From: Vulcanimicrobiota bacterium | GTDB taxonomy: Bacteria; Vulcanimicrobiota; Vulcanimicrobiia; Vulcanimicrobiales; Vulcanimicrobiaceae | NCBI GenBank assembly: GCA_963723515.1 | Contig: CAVRQT010000002.1 | Span: forward strand, 224,001 to 288,000 | DNA length: 64,000 bases | Direction: 5' to 3' | Notes under the pieces: generated by a model | Seen by the model: the letters and a program-made list of their open reading frames with translations, nothing else | Database searches by the model: none | What the model was told of the DNA's origin: nothing | Part shown: positions 9,233 through 18,128 of the stretch, piece by piece | Layout of the letters: each line of letters starts with the position of its first letter | Position numbering within the stretch: the stretch's first letter is position 1 | Made by a program: the position numbers and the translations under genes

Positions 9233-10300
9233 ATGAGTACGGTGTCCACAATTGCGCCGCGTCTGCCGAAGCCGGCGGCGGCGATCCTTTTCGTATTCTC
9301 CTTCCTGAGCGGATTGCGCGGCGTTGCGTCAGCCGATCAGGGGCTCTATGCCGCTGCCAATGCGCCGGTCATTAACCTCAGCATCAACGGCGGGACCCTC
9401 AACGTACGAACGTGGGACCGACCGCAGGTGCAGATTCAGTCAACGGTTGCGCTGCAGGTGCAACAGTTTTCGAGCGCGGCGATGATGCGCAATGTGCCGC
9501 GTGAGATCGCCGTGTTGGCCGGACAGATTCAGTCGCCACGCGGCTTGCTGACGATGCCCCGTGAGACCTTCGTCGTCGGTTCAGCTGCAAGCGGTCCGCA
9601 TGACGGCATCGCCATCACCGGCTCAGGCGGGGAAACGACGATCACGATTCCCGCCTCCACGGCGCTGCTCGTCACAAGAATGCCTCGCGGCTTCGTCACG
9701 ATCGACGGTTATCGCACCGGCACGTTCTTCGTGCGCCTGCGAAACGGCTGGGTTCACATGACCAACGTCGGCGGTGAAGGCTTCGTTCAGGTTATGCGCG
9801 GGCCGATCGTCGCCAGCGATTCGAGCTTTCTCAGACTGCGCGCGCGCTCGGCGATCGGAAACATCATCTTCGAACGCTGCCACGCGCGCCAAATCGAAGT
9901 TTCCACGATTGCGGGCGCGATTAGTTTTGACAATGGGTCTTTTGAGCCCGGGCTCGCGCGTTTTGAATCACAATACGGCCCGGTGGCGCTTGGGCATCGG
10001 TTCGGGAAATGCGCAGATCGCGGCGCATAGCGACGGCGGACGGATTCTCGTAAACTACGAGCGCGCTGCGCGCGTCGATGCGCATGGAAACGACGCCACG
10101 GCGGCTGTCGGCGCCGGCGGACCGCTCGTAAACGTCTCGTCGGGTGGGCCGGTGTTGCTCTACGACGGCGCGATACGATCGCGCTCTCGACTGAGCGGCG
10201 GTTGGAAAGCAGCCGGCGAGGTGATCGATCGCGTCCAGCAACGCGTGCAAAAACCGGTGCCGTCGCCGCAATTGACGCGACGCCCCACCGCGCATTCGGC
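9233..10300 (+). CDS. Secreted beta-rich protein, DUF4097/adhesin-like (frameshift near 9990)
   Basis: Signal peptide, 'GGTLNVRTWDRPQVQI' and repeated Gly/beta-strand pattern. End approximate. Confidence 0.5.
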
Positions 10301-10301
10301 C

Positions 10302-10744
10302 TTAAAGCAGAAATTTGCGCAAGACCGCGACGTCTTTTTTCCAGGCGTGTTGCGGCAAGATGGCTTCCTCTCGAAAACCGCAACGCTCGAAAAACGCTTG
10401 CGCCGTCGCTTCGATGCGGAACTTGGACCGTCAATTTGTGGCAGTTGTTGTAGCTTCCGATTTCCGTCGCCGTCTCTAAGAGACGACGGCCGATTCCGCG
10501 GCGACGGCGCATCAGGCTGCACGATGATTTCGTCAATGTGACCGAGGTTGTCGCTCACGCGCATACGCAGCGCTCCGATCACACGATCGTCGTCGAGTGC
10601 AGCGACATCGTACGTCTGTTCGTAGCCGACGATGTTGAAGCCCCAAAGCGTATTCAGAGCCTCACGGCGTGCCGTCTTAAAGAACTCATCGACTCGCTCA
10701 TCGTGCACCCGCACGATCTCAACCGGCGGCAGCGGCGACCTCAA
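10302..10744 (-). CDS. GNAT acetyltransferase (frameshifted)
   Basis: Stitched frames give GHIDEIIVQP..RRRGIGRRLL...GFREEAILPQHAWKKDVAVLRKFLL*. Confidence 0.75.
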
Positions 10745-11516
10745 TATCGACGTCCAAACGATAACCGTCGCGCGCCGCGATGACACGCCGTCCCGACGTA
10801 TTCTCCAATTCCTCAGCCAGCCGGTTCGGATCGCGCTCGAGCATCTTCGTTCCGAAATGCGAGAGGACCGCAACTTTCGGGCGTACGCCATCCAAGACTC
10901 GAACGGCGTCATCGAAGGTCAGGTGGTCGACGTCCATCGTGTCCCGGTACCGCAGGACATTGACGATCAGCACATCGGGTTCATGACGCGCATAATCTTC
11001 GATCAAGCCGTCAAAAAAGCGGCCGCAGGGCATGTAGGAGATCGTGCGCCCCTCGTGCGCGAAATGCAAGCCGTACGTCTCAACGGCATGCACGTGCTGC
11101 ATGGACGTTCGCAATTCCACATCGCCGATGCGGTAGGGTCCGGCACTCGGCTTGAGCCGTTCAACTTTCTCGACGAAGCGAAGTGCGTAGGGAAAGACGA
11201 CCGGCTCACCTTCGAGCGCGTCGCTCGGCGCAAGAACGATGCCGCGTTTGCGAAAGCCGCCATGCGTCATCGCCTCGATCATGATGTTGATGTCGTTGCT
11301 GTGGTCCAAGTGCTTATGTGAAAGCACGAGCGCACTGAGTTCCGAGGGCACGCACGGTGGCACGAGCGAAAGCGCTCGCACGAGCGCGCCCGGACCCGGA
11401 TCGACGTGAATCTGCGTCTGACCGAAACGCATCCACATGCCGCCCGATGCGCGCAGCTGGCGCGCGACGACGAAGCGCGCGCCGCCGGTTCCTAAGAAAA
11501 GCACGCTCGCGCTCAT
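10719..11516 (-). CDS. MBL-fold metallo-hydrolase
   Basis: FLGTGG, DPGPG, SHKHLDH (HxHxDH) and LSHF motifs. ATGA overlap with the phaC stop. Confidence 0.9.
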   Translation of the reverse strand: MSASVLFLGTGGARFVVARQLRASGGMWMRFGQTQIHVDPGPGALVRALSLVPPCVPSELSALVLSHKHLDHSNDINIMIEAMTHGGFRKRGIVLAPSDALEGEPVVFPYALRFVEKVERLKPSAGPYRIGDVELRTSMQHVHAVETYGLHFAHEGRTISYMPCGRFFDGLIEDYARHEPDVLIVNVLRYRDTMDVDHLTFDDAVRVLDGVRPKVAVLSHFGTKMLERDPNRLAEELENTSGRRVIAARDGYRLDVDIEVAAAAG

Positions 11517-12500
11517 GCGCTTCGCGCTGCCAGCCAATCATTGAGAAGCGGAAAGAGTTGCGTGCGGCCGATCTTTGAAGCGACCATTCCGATATGGCCG
11601 CCGTTCACTTCGCGATACGTAATGTCGCGGGAGCCAAGCGCATAGCGAACCGGCCGCGATGAATCGGCCGGAACGATCGTATCGCCCGGCGCAGCAACGA
11701 TCAGCGCAGCCGCTTCAATATCCCGCGGATCAACCGTCTTCCCATCGAGCGCTACGCCGCGCGATTGCAGGCGGTTTTCTTGGTAGAACCACTGCACCCA
11801 CTCGCGCGCAGCGGCGCCAGGAAAGGCGACCCAATCGTTCGCCCAACGATCCATCGCCGCAAAAGCGCGGGCGGAGTTTTCATTCCTGTACGAGCCGCCG
11901 AAGGCTAAGGCGGCGCGCATTTTGGCGGTGGGCCGCAGCAGCGTAAAGACCGTCTCGACGAGGTGTGCCGGCACCGTGCCGAAGATTTCCGTGATCCGCT
12001 CCACGTCCAAATAGCGCTTGCTGCACCAGCGCGCTAAGATGCCGCCCGCTTCGAAATCGTACGGTGCCGCGAGCATGACCAGATTATCGTCCGCGATCGA
12101 CTTGCGCACCGCGCTCGCCATCAGCGCGAGCGTTCCGCCCATGCAGTAGCCCAATAACGTCATGTGCCGGAGCGCGGCTGAAGGCCGCGACGCGGTCGAG
12201 CGCCTTAGCGATATACTCGCAGACGACCGCTTCTAATGAAAGGCCGGCGTCTTCATCGCTCATGATGCCCCAATCGATCAAGTAGACGTCGTGGCCGGCC
12301 GCGCAAAGCGATTCAATGAGCGAAAGGCCTGGCGAGAGATCCAGAATGTAGGAACGGCTAATCAGTGCGGGGATGCAGACGATCGGCTTACGGTAGCGGA
12401 CGCTTGAAAAGAAGTGCAACACCGACATTTTTCGGTGTTGCATGATGACTTCGTAAGGCGTTACGCCGTGGTAGTGGGAGAGTTGAGGGGACTTAACTTC
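11513..12500 (-). CDS. phaC: PHA synthase catalytic subunit, class III/IV (frameshifted; start approximate)
   Basis: PALISRSYILDL, YLIDWG, PhaC box GYCMGG, Asp in GDTIVP and His in GGHIG. Split over ORFs 12084-12443 and 11513-12163. Confidence 0.88.
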
Positions 12501-12501
12501 G

Positions 12502-13287
12502 CTACCAACCCATGTAGATGCCGCCGTTGATGTTGAGCGACTGCCCCGTCATGTAATCCGCTTCGGTAACCAAAAAACGCACGCCGCGCGCGACTTCATC
12601 CGGTTCGGCGACGCGATGCATCGGAATTCGGTCGAGGATCTTCTCCTGAATGTTCGGCGGAACGGTGCGCCACATTTCGGTGTTCACAAAGCCCGGACAA
12701 ACGGCGTTGACCAGAATGTTGTTGCGCGCGAGCTCGATCGCGAGCGATTTTGTAAAGCCGATGATGCCGGCTTTGGCTGCCGAGTAATTCGACTGCCCGA
12801 AGTTGCCCATCTGTCCGACGAACGACGAGATGTTGACGATCCGGCCGCCGCCTTGCTCGATCATGTGCGGCACGACCGCATGGCATGTATTCATCACGCT
12901 CGTTAAGTTCGTGTTGATGACCTCATGCCAATCAGAGAGCGACATCTTGCGAAACGTGCGATCGCGCAGGATGCCCGCGTTGTTGATGAGGATGTCGAGA
13001 TGCCCATCTTGCTCGTAGATGCGATCGACCATCTCTTTGACGGAATCGGCGTCGGAAACGTCGCCGGCTTCCGAGCGGGCGGAGCCGCCGCCGTCTTTGA
13101 TGCCTTGCACGACAAGATCTGCCGCCTCTTTGCCGCGGACGTAGTTGATGACCGTGTGGGCGCCGCAACGCGCCAATTCCGCGGCGATGGCTGCGCCGAT
13201 ACCGCGCGAGCTCCCGGTGACGAGGGCGACCTTACCGACGAGCGGTGCAGCTTCTTGGAACGGCTTCGGGCGAGTTTCGAGCATCAC
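12502..13287 (-). CDS. phaB: Acetoacetyl-CoA reductase (SDR)
   Basis: TGSSRGIG, NNAGILRDRTFRKM and GNFGQSNYSAAKAG motifs; pha cluster context. Confidence 0.85.
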   Translation of the reverse strand: MMLETRPKPFQEAAPLVGKVALVTGSSRGIGAAIAAELARCGAHTVINYVRGKEAADLVVQGIKDGGGSARSEAGDVSDADSVKEMVDRIYEQDGHLDILINNAGILRDRTFRKMSLSDWHEVINTNLTSVMNTCHAVVPHMIEQGGGRIVNISSFVGQMGNFGQSNYSAAKAGIIGFTKSLAIELARNNILVNAVCPGFVNTEMWRTVPPNIQEKILDRIPMHRVAEPDEVARGVRFLVTEADYMTGQSLNINGGIYMGW

Positions 13288-13336
13288 AGTTCCCTCCGCT
13301 AGGGAATGTGGCAATTAGAAACCCGCGAGGTTTACC

Positions 13337-13660
13337 CTACTTTTTTGTTTTCTTCTTCTTCTTGATCTGGTGGATCAGCTCGTCGATGCGCGTCGTCAAA
13401 TCATCGACGCGTTGCGCGAGTCGGGCGACTTCTGCGCGCGTCGGCAAATTAGAAGCCGCGAGGAAACGCTCGACGTTCTCGCGGCTGACTTGGGTTGCGT
13501 TCAAATACGCTTCTAGCGCTTTGCTGAGCGACTGCGCAAAGGCATCGCTGCCGGCGGCGCGTTCGAAAAGCGCACTGAGCTGCTTCTCTTGCGCCGCCGC
13601 GATTTGGCGCCACGCCTCAAACGGGTCGGACGTGTCCTGAGCCCGGTCGAAGGGCGCCAT
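13337..13660 (-). CDS. phaR: PHA synthase partner subunit (Bacillus PhaR-like / PhaE C-terminal-like)
   Basis: 'DPFEAWRQ...NLPTRAEVARLAQRV..L..RIDEL' resembles class IV PhaR; located upstream of phaBC. Confidence 0.7.
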   Translation of the reverse strand: MAPFDRAQDTSDPFEAWRQIAAAQEKQLSALFERAAGSDAFAQSLSKALEAYLNATQVSRENVERFLAASNLPTRAEVARLAQRVDDLTTRIDELIHQIKKKKKTKK

Positions 13661-13671
13661 CTAGTCTTTGC

Positions 13672-14073
13672 TTACTTGGCGCTCTTGGCCGCCGCTTCAA
13701 CGTGCTTCGTGAAGCCGTCGATTTGATGGCCGGTCGCTTCTTTGACGTAGTTCAGGTTGGAAACCATCACGTCGCCGAGGCCTTGGAAGCCGCGCTGCGC
13801 CGTTTCCTGCCAGGCCTTCGCGTTATCGACGGCCGCGTTCGCTAGGCCGCTGTATTGCGCCGCTGCTTCGCGGAGAAATTTTTCGCGCAGCTCGAACAGC
13901 TTGCCGGTGCGCTCGAAATTCTCGTTGATGATCGCGTCCGGCCGAATCGCCGAGTACGGCTTGGCCATCACGTCAAAACTCGCTTTCGCATACTCGAGCG
14001 CGCGCGTCGCTGCCGACGTCATCGCATCGATCGAAAGCTCGAACGTTTGGGTGGAAAGGTCGATGTAGTTCAC
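13672..14073 (-). CDS. phaP: Putative phasin (PHA granule protein)
   Basis: Amphipathic, all-helical, Ala-rich 133-aa protein between phaQ and phaR. Assigned mainly by context. Confidence 0.55.
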   Translation of the reverse strand: MNYIDLSTQTFELSIDAMTSAATRALEYAKASFDVMAKPYSAIRPDAIINENFERTGKLFELREKFLREAAAQYSGLANAAVDNAKAWQETAQRGFQGLGDVMVSNLNYVKEATGHQIDGFTKHVEAAAKSAK

Positions 14074-14468
14074 TTGTGCTCCTGTTTATCTGAAGTCCAA
14101 TTGCCCGTGTACAAATTGAAGAACGCGTCGAGATTCGTGCGGTACGCTTCGAGTGCGGTGCTCCACAACTTGAGCGCGTCGGTTCCGGCGTCGGTCAAGG
14201 TGTAGACGCGACGCGCCGGACCTTGATCCTTAGCGTCCCACCACGAGCTGATGTAGCCATCACGCTCGAGCTGGCGGAGTGCCCGGTAGACGGTTCCAGG
14301 ATCCGAAATCACGTCGAAGCGCTCTTTAAGCTCCTTCATGATCTCGTAGCCGTGGAGGTTGTAGCCCTTGAGCATGACGAGCAGCCACGCCATCAGGTAG
14401 TTCTTAGGAGTTCCTTTGGGCGGCCGTCCCGCTTCTTTGTGGGCCTGCTCTTCCGAGGCGTTCTTCAT
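14070..14468 (-). CDS. phaQ: PadR-family PHB-responsive repressor (PhaQ-like)
   Basis: 'GTPKNYLM..LL..L...NLHGY', 'DPGTVYRALRQLE..G.ISS.WD...GPARRVY.LT' and 'FFNLY' match the Bacillus PhaQ pattern. Confidence 0.8.
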   Translation of the reverse strand: MKNASEEQAHKEAGRPPKGTPKNYLMAWLLVMLKGYNLHGYEIMKELKERFDVISDPGTVYRALRQLERDGYISSWWDAKDQGPARRVYTLTDAGTDALKLWSTALEAYRTNLDAFFNLYTGNWTSDKQEHK

Positions 14469-14473
14469 GCCAC

Positions 14474-14492
14474 TATGTGCATTTTACACCTA
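14474..14492 (-). promoter_or_regulatory. Candidate PhaQ operator overlapping a -10-like TAAAAT
   Basis: Imperfect palindrome TAGGTGTAAAATGCACATA, 5 nt upstream of the phaQ ATG. Confidence 0.45.
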
Positions 14493-14506
14493 AGTGCTGA
14501 CACGCG

Positions 14507-14944
14507 TCAACTGGCCGCTTCAGCCGGTTCATCGTCTTCTGCGACGATGTCGCTAACGAGGCAGACGGCTTGGCCTTCCATGACCGTCACGCCGTCTTGG
14601 TTGACGCACTCGGTCCGAAGAGTCAGGATCTGCTTATCGGGCCGGTACTTTAGCACGGTCACCTTGGCCGTGATCTCGTCATCGAGGTAGACCGGCGCCT
14701 TGAACGTCAGACTTTGGCTCAGATAAATCGTCCCCGGTCCGGGAAGTTCCGAGCCGAGGACGGCAGAGACGTACGAGGCGGTCAGGAGTCCGTGGGCGAT
14801 GCGGCGCTTGAATCTCGTGGTCGACGCAAAATCGGCGTCGAGGTGGATCGGGTTGCGGTCGCCGGTGATCTCAGCGAACCGCTCCACGTCGGCGGCGGTC
14901 ACCCGGCGGGTCATCGCCGCCTGCTGACCCTCAAGAAAATACAT
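14507..14944 (-). CDS. phaJ: MaoC-family (R)-specific enoyl-CoA hydratase
   Basis: FAEITGDRNPIHLD, RIAHG and LPGPGTIYLSQSL.F.APV motifs. Confidence 0.85.
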   Translation of the reverse strand: MYFLEGQQAAMTRRVTAADVERFAEITGDRNPIHLDADFASTTRFKRRIAHGLLTASYVSAVLGSELPGPGTIYLSQSLTFKAPVYLDDEITAKVTVLKYRPDKQILTLRTECVNQDGVTVMEGQAVCLVSDIVAEDDEPAEAAS

Positions 14945-14974
14945 GCTTATCCTCTTATGGCGCAGGCAAAGTCA

Positions 14975-14997
14975 CCTATCTGACTATTACAGATAGG
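14975..14997. promoter_or_regulatory. Perfect inverted repeat upstream of phaJ
   Basis: CCTATCTG-ACTATTA-CAGATAGG, 30 nt upstream of the phaJ ATG. Confidence 0.45.
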
Positions 14998-15146
14998 CGG
15001 AGTCAGGGCGTGGGTTGCACGCGGTCGCAGCATTCGGCCGGCCCTTTTCGCGCTCAGTCAGTCATAGCGCGCATGGCGACGTGCGATCTGTCACGGTGAG
15101 TTCATCGAAGCGCGACGATGATTTTTGCGTTTCGAGATGGTCCCAT

Positions 15147-15212
15147 TGTCATCCTGAGCCTGTCGAAGGATGACTTAAGGTAATGTCACATTTCGACAAG
15201 CTCAATGTGACA
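15147..15212. repeat. Inverted REP-like doublet
   Basis: TGTCATCCTGAGCCTGTCGAAGGATGAC, followed by the reverse complement of TGTCACATTGAGCTTGTCGAAATGTGACA. Confidence 0.8.
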
Positions 15213-15230
15213 CAGGGACCGCGGGGATCC

Positions 15231-16454
15231 TCAGCCGATCGCGGCGATGGTGCTGAAGTTGCCCGACAAGATAGGCGCTGCGGGCCGCCCTAGCCAGCGC
15301 TCGAGCACCGTTGCGTACACGCTTCGGAAATCGGTCGTGAAGCCGAGGTTTCCCATGTTCAAGCGCGAGAGATCCGGATAAGAGCCATACATTCCGCCCT
15401 TGACGCCGCCGCCGATCATGAACAGCGGCGATGCTTCGCCATGGTCCGTTCCACGGCTGGCATTTTCACCTACGCGCCGTCCGAACTCCGAGAACGTCAG
15501 CGTCAAGACCCGCCCATCATTGCCATGCGCCGAAAGATCATTGTAAAACGCCGCGATCGCATCAGAGAACTCGCCGAGCAAGCGGTCTTGCGTTCCCTTT
15601 TGATTGACGTGCGTATCAAATGAGCCGTGCTGCACGTAGAGCACACGCGTTCCAATGTTGCTGCCGATAATCTGCGCCGCTAATGCGAGGCTGCGCCCGA
15701 TCGGCGAGGCCGGATACGATGCATCGGTCTTGTAGCCGGCAATCAGCTTCGGAAGCTCTTCCGAGCCTTTTTGTGCGTGGTCTTCAATCTCCATCACGTG
15801 GCCCAAGTACGGCGAGCGGAACGGCAACCGCGTATCTTCCACAATCGACGAGTAAGCCGAGCGCGCCGCGCCATTGCGGTCGCTGATCAAACCGTAGCCG
15901 TTAATTTGCGGCACGGCGGGAACGTCCGTAGACCGCGCCACGAGCGCCTCAGGCAGCACCTGCGAGATTGCAACACCGTTGAAGAGGTTGTTCTTGGGAA
16001 GATTCGCGTCATCGAGATAACGCCCGAGCCACCCGGTGTGCTCGTAGCGATCCGGCGCGGCGGTCTGCCAGATTTCGGTCGAGCGGAAATGCGAATGATC
16101 CGGATCCGGATAGCCGACGCCTTGAACGATCGCCACCATCCCTTTGTCATAGAGCGCCTTGAACGATTTCATCGTCGGATTGAGACCGATTCGTTCGTTG
16201 ATTTGCAAGACGTTCGATTTCGGAATGCCGAGCGTCGGACGGAAACGATAATATCCGTCGTCGCCATGCGGCACGACACAATTCAAACCGTCATTGCCGC
16301 CTTGCAAATTGACGAGCACGAGAACGCGATTGGCGCCTCCCTGAAGACCAGGCAACAGCGGTCCGGCGAGCGCCCGTGCAAAGAAGTGGTCGGCGTTGGC
16401 AACGATCGTGAGTCCGCTGACGGTGCCGAGTAAGAAGTGGCTGCGTTTTAACAT
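15231..16454 (-). CDS. DUF1501 family protein
   Basis: LQGGNDGLN, HSHFRS, FDTH, SEFGRR, GTDHG and DFRSVY motifs; Tat-like N-terminus. Confidence 0.9.
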   Translation of the reverse strand: MLKRSHFLLGTVSGLTIVANADHFFARALAGPLLPGLQGGANRVLVLVNLQGGNDGLNCVVPHGDDGYYRFRPTLGIPKSNVLQINERIGLNPTMKSFKALYDKGMVAIVQGVGYPDPDHSHFRSTEIWQTAAPDRYEHTGWLGRYLDDANLPKNNLFNGVAISQVLPEALVARSTDVPAVPQINGYGLISDRNGAARSAYSSIVEDTRLPFRSPYLGHVMEIEDHAQKGSEELPKLIAGYKTDASYPASPIGRSLALAAQIIGSNIGTRVLYVQHGSFDTHVNQKGTQDRLLGEFSDAIAAFYNDLSAHGNDGRVLTLTFSEFGRRVGENASRGTDHGEASPLFMIGGGVKGGMYGSYPDLSRLNMGNLGFTTDFRSVYATVLERWLGRPAAPILSGNFSTIAAIG

Positions 16455-16468
16455 TTAGATTCCTTTTG

Positions 16469-16493
16469 TGTCACCCTGAGCTTGTCGAAGGGC
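16469..16493. repeat. REP-like element
   Basis: TGTCACCCTGAGCTTGTCGAAGGGC in the 40-nt spacer between DUF1800 and DUF1501. Confidence 0.75.
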
Positions 16494-16494
16494 T

Positions 16495-17961
16495 CTAATT
16501 CAATTGGTAGGCGGGCATGGCCATCGTGAGATAAGCCGCGCCCCGCACGCGTTCTGGGTAATTCTCTCCGGAGAGCATTCCGAGCGCCGAAGTGTTGACG
16601 CCGTTCAAATAGTTCTGCACCTTGGCAACAGCAGCGGGCGATGCGTCATTTTGTAAGATCGTGCGAATCAATTGCCGCGTCGCTTGCGGGGCGCTCATGG
16701 GCACGTTGGTGAGCCAACCTGAGTTGGCCATCGACGGCGAGTTTGTCAGCGCGGTCGCGAAGTTTTCCCGCGCGATCATCATCTGCGTCGTCAGCCAACC
16801 GCTCCCGCCCGGCCAGCCGGCGACATTCGGCGGATAGAAGAGAACCTGCCCCATCTGCACGAGCGCGCGCTGCGCGGTTACATCGATCTGGTTCAGGCCG
16901 AACAACTTGTAGGACCCGATGACGAATTCGACCGGGCTCTTGACGAGCGCACGGTAGGCGCGGTCCGAGAAGAAGACGTTACTTCGAAAGATTCGCGAGA
17001 GGACCGGCGCGACGTTGAAATCGTTCTTGCGCAGCAGCGCTGCCACGCCATTGACGAGCGCCGGTTCCGGATCGTTGTAAACGAAGAAGTTCAGTAAGGA
17101 CGATGCGAAAAATCGCGCCGCGGCCGGTTGCTGAAAGATCGTGTTGACGATGTCATCGCCGGTGAAGTTGCCGGTTCGCCCGAGGAAATGCTTTAGGCCG
17201 TCGTCGTGGATGCGCGCAACGTCCATAAATTGGCCGGTACGCCGGTCGATAGTCCATCCGGTGAAGGCGCGCGCCGACTCGCGGATGTCTTGCTCAGTAT
17301 AGTTTCCGTGCCCGAGCGTGAAGAGCTCCATCAGCTCGCGCGCGTAGTTTTCATTGGGATGCGCCTTGACGCTGGTCGCGTTGTCGAGATACAGGAGCAT
17401 CGCCGGATCTTTTGAGACGTTGCGCGTGAGCTCGCGCACGTTTCCGAGCGCGTAGTTACGGAAGAGTTGGTTTTGCTGGTAGATGTACGAAGGCCAAACG
17501 CCTTTTTGGATCGCCGCGCTCGTGAAGTGACCGTGAAAGTAGAACGTCATCTTCTCTTGCAGCGGCGCGGGCGTCGTCAACATGCGCTGCAGCCACCACT
17601 GCTGGAGCGAGACGATCGAATCGCGGGAACGGCGGCGCACATCCATCAACAGTTGCCGACGCGAGCTTTCGTCCATCATCATCGCGCCGGGCCGCGCGCG
17701 CGCAAGCGGCAAAATGCCCGCACTGTAGGGATCGAAGACGTTATCCGGTTGCGGAAGATCGGCGGTCGAAGGGAAGTGAACCAGGGACTCGACCGCATCA
17801 CCGAGGCGCATCTGCGCGAGACGGGCGATCTCAGACGGCGTCCCGCCGAATCCGGCGCGCCGAAGGAGATGCGCCGCTAAGCGCTGATTCCATGGCCCAT
17901 TGTAGGGCGAGAGGGCCGTCGCGATATCGACGGATCCCGCGGGTCGGTTCGAACCTGCCAT
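16495..17961 (-). CDS. DUF1800 family protein
   Basis: HLLRRAGFG, LQEKMT.YFHGHF, PAMLLYLDN, PNENYARELMELFTLG and PPNVAGW motifs. Confidence 0.92.
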   Translation of the reverse strand: MAGSNRPAGSVDIATALSPYNGPWNQRLAAHLLRRAGFGGTPSEIARLAQMRLGDAVESLVHFPSTADLPQPDNVFDPYSAGILPLARARPGAMMMDESSRRQLLMDVRRRSRDSIVSLQQWWLQRMLTTPAPLQEKMTFYFHGHFTSAAIQKGVWPSYIYQQNQLFRNYALGNVRELTRNVSKDPAMLLYLDNATSVKAHPNENYARELMELFTLGHGNYTEQDIRESARAFTGWTIDRRTGQFMDVARIHDDGLKHFLGRTGNFTGDDIVNTIFQQPAAARFFASSLLNFFVYNDPEPALVNGVAALLRKNDFNVAPVLSRIFRSNVFFSDRAYRALVKSPVEFVIGSYKLFGLNQIDVTAQRALVQMGQVLFYPPNVAGWPGGSGWLTTQMMIARENFATALTNSPSMANSGWLTNVPMSAPQATRQLIRTILQNDASPAAVAKVQNYLNGVNTSALGMLSGENYPERVRGAAYLTMAMPAYQLN

Positions 17962-18128
17962 CTGTTGCTACCCTGCCAGAACGCGTTTGTTCTAGTGTAA
18001 CGAATTTGTGCCGCTTTTCATCGGCCGAGGCGACACATCTAACCACCGATTCACACGCAAGCGCACCGACATTAAACGAAGATTAGAGAGGACGCCGCAA
18101 AAAGGCGTAGGAAGTCGAAAAGCGCTTT

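Noticed and set aside
10632..11321. Long antisense or alternative-frame ORFs (e.g. 10632-11321, 15771-16433, 43648-44412, 54922-55632)
   Set aside because: These are shadows of well-supported genes on the opposite strand, with no recognisable motifs, as expected in GC-rich DNA.
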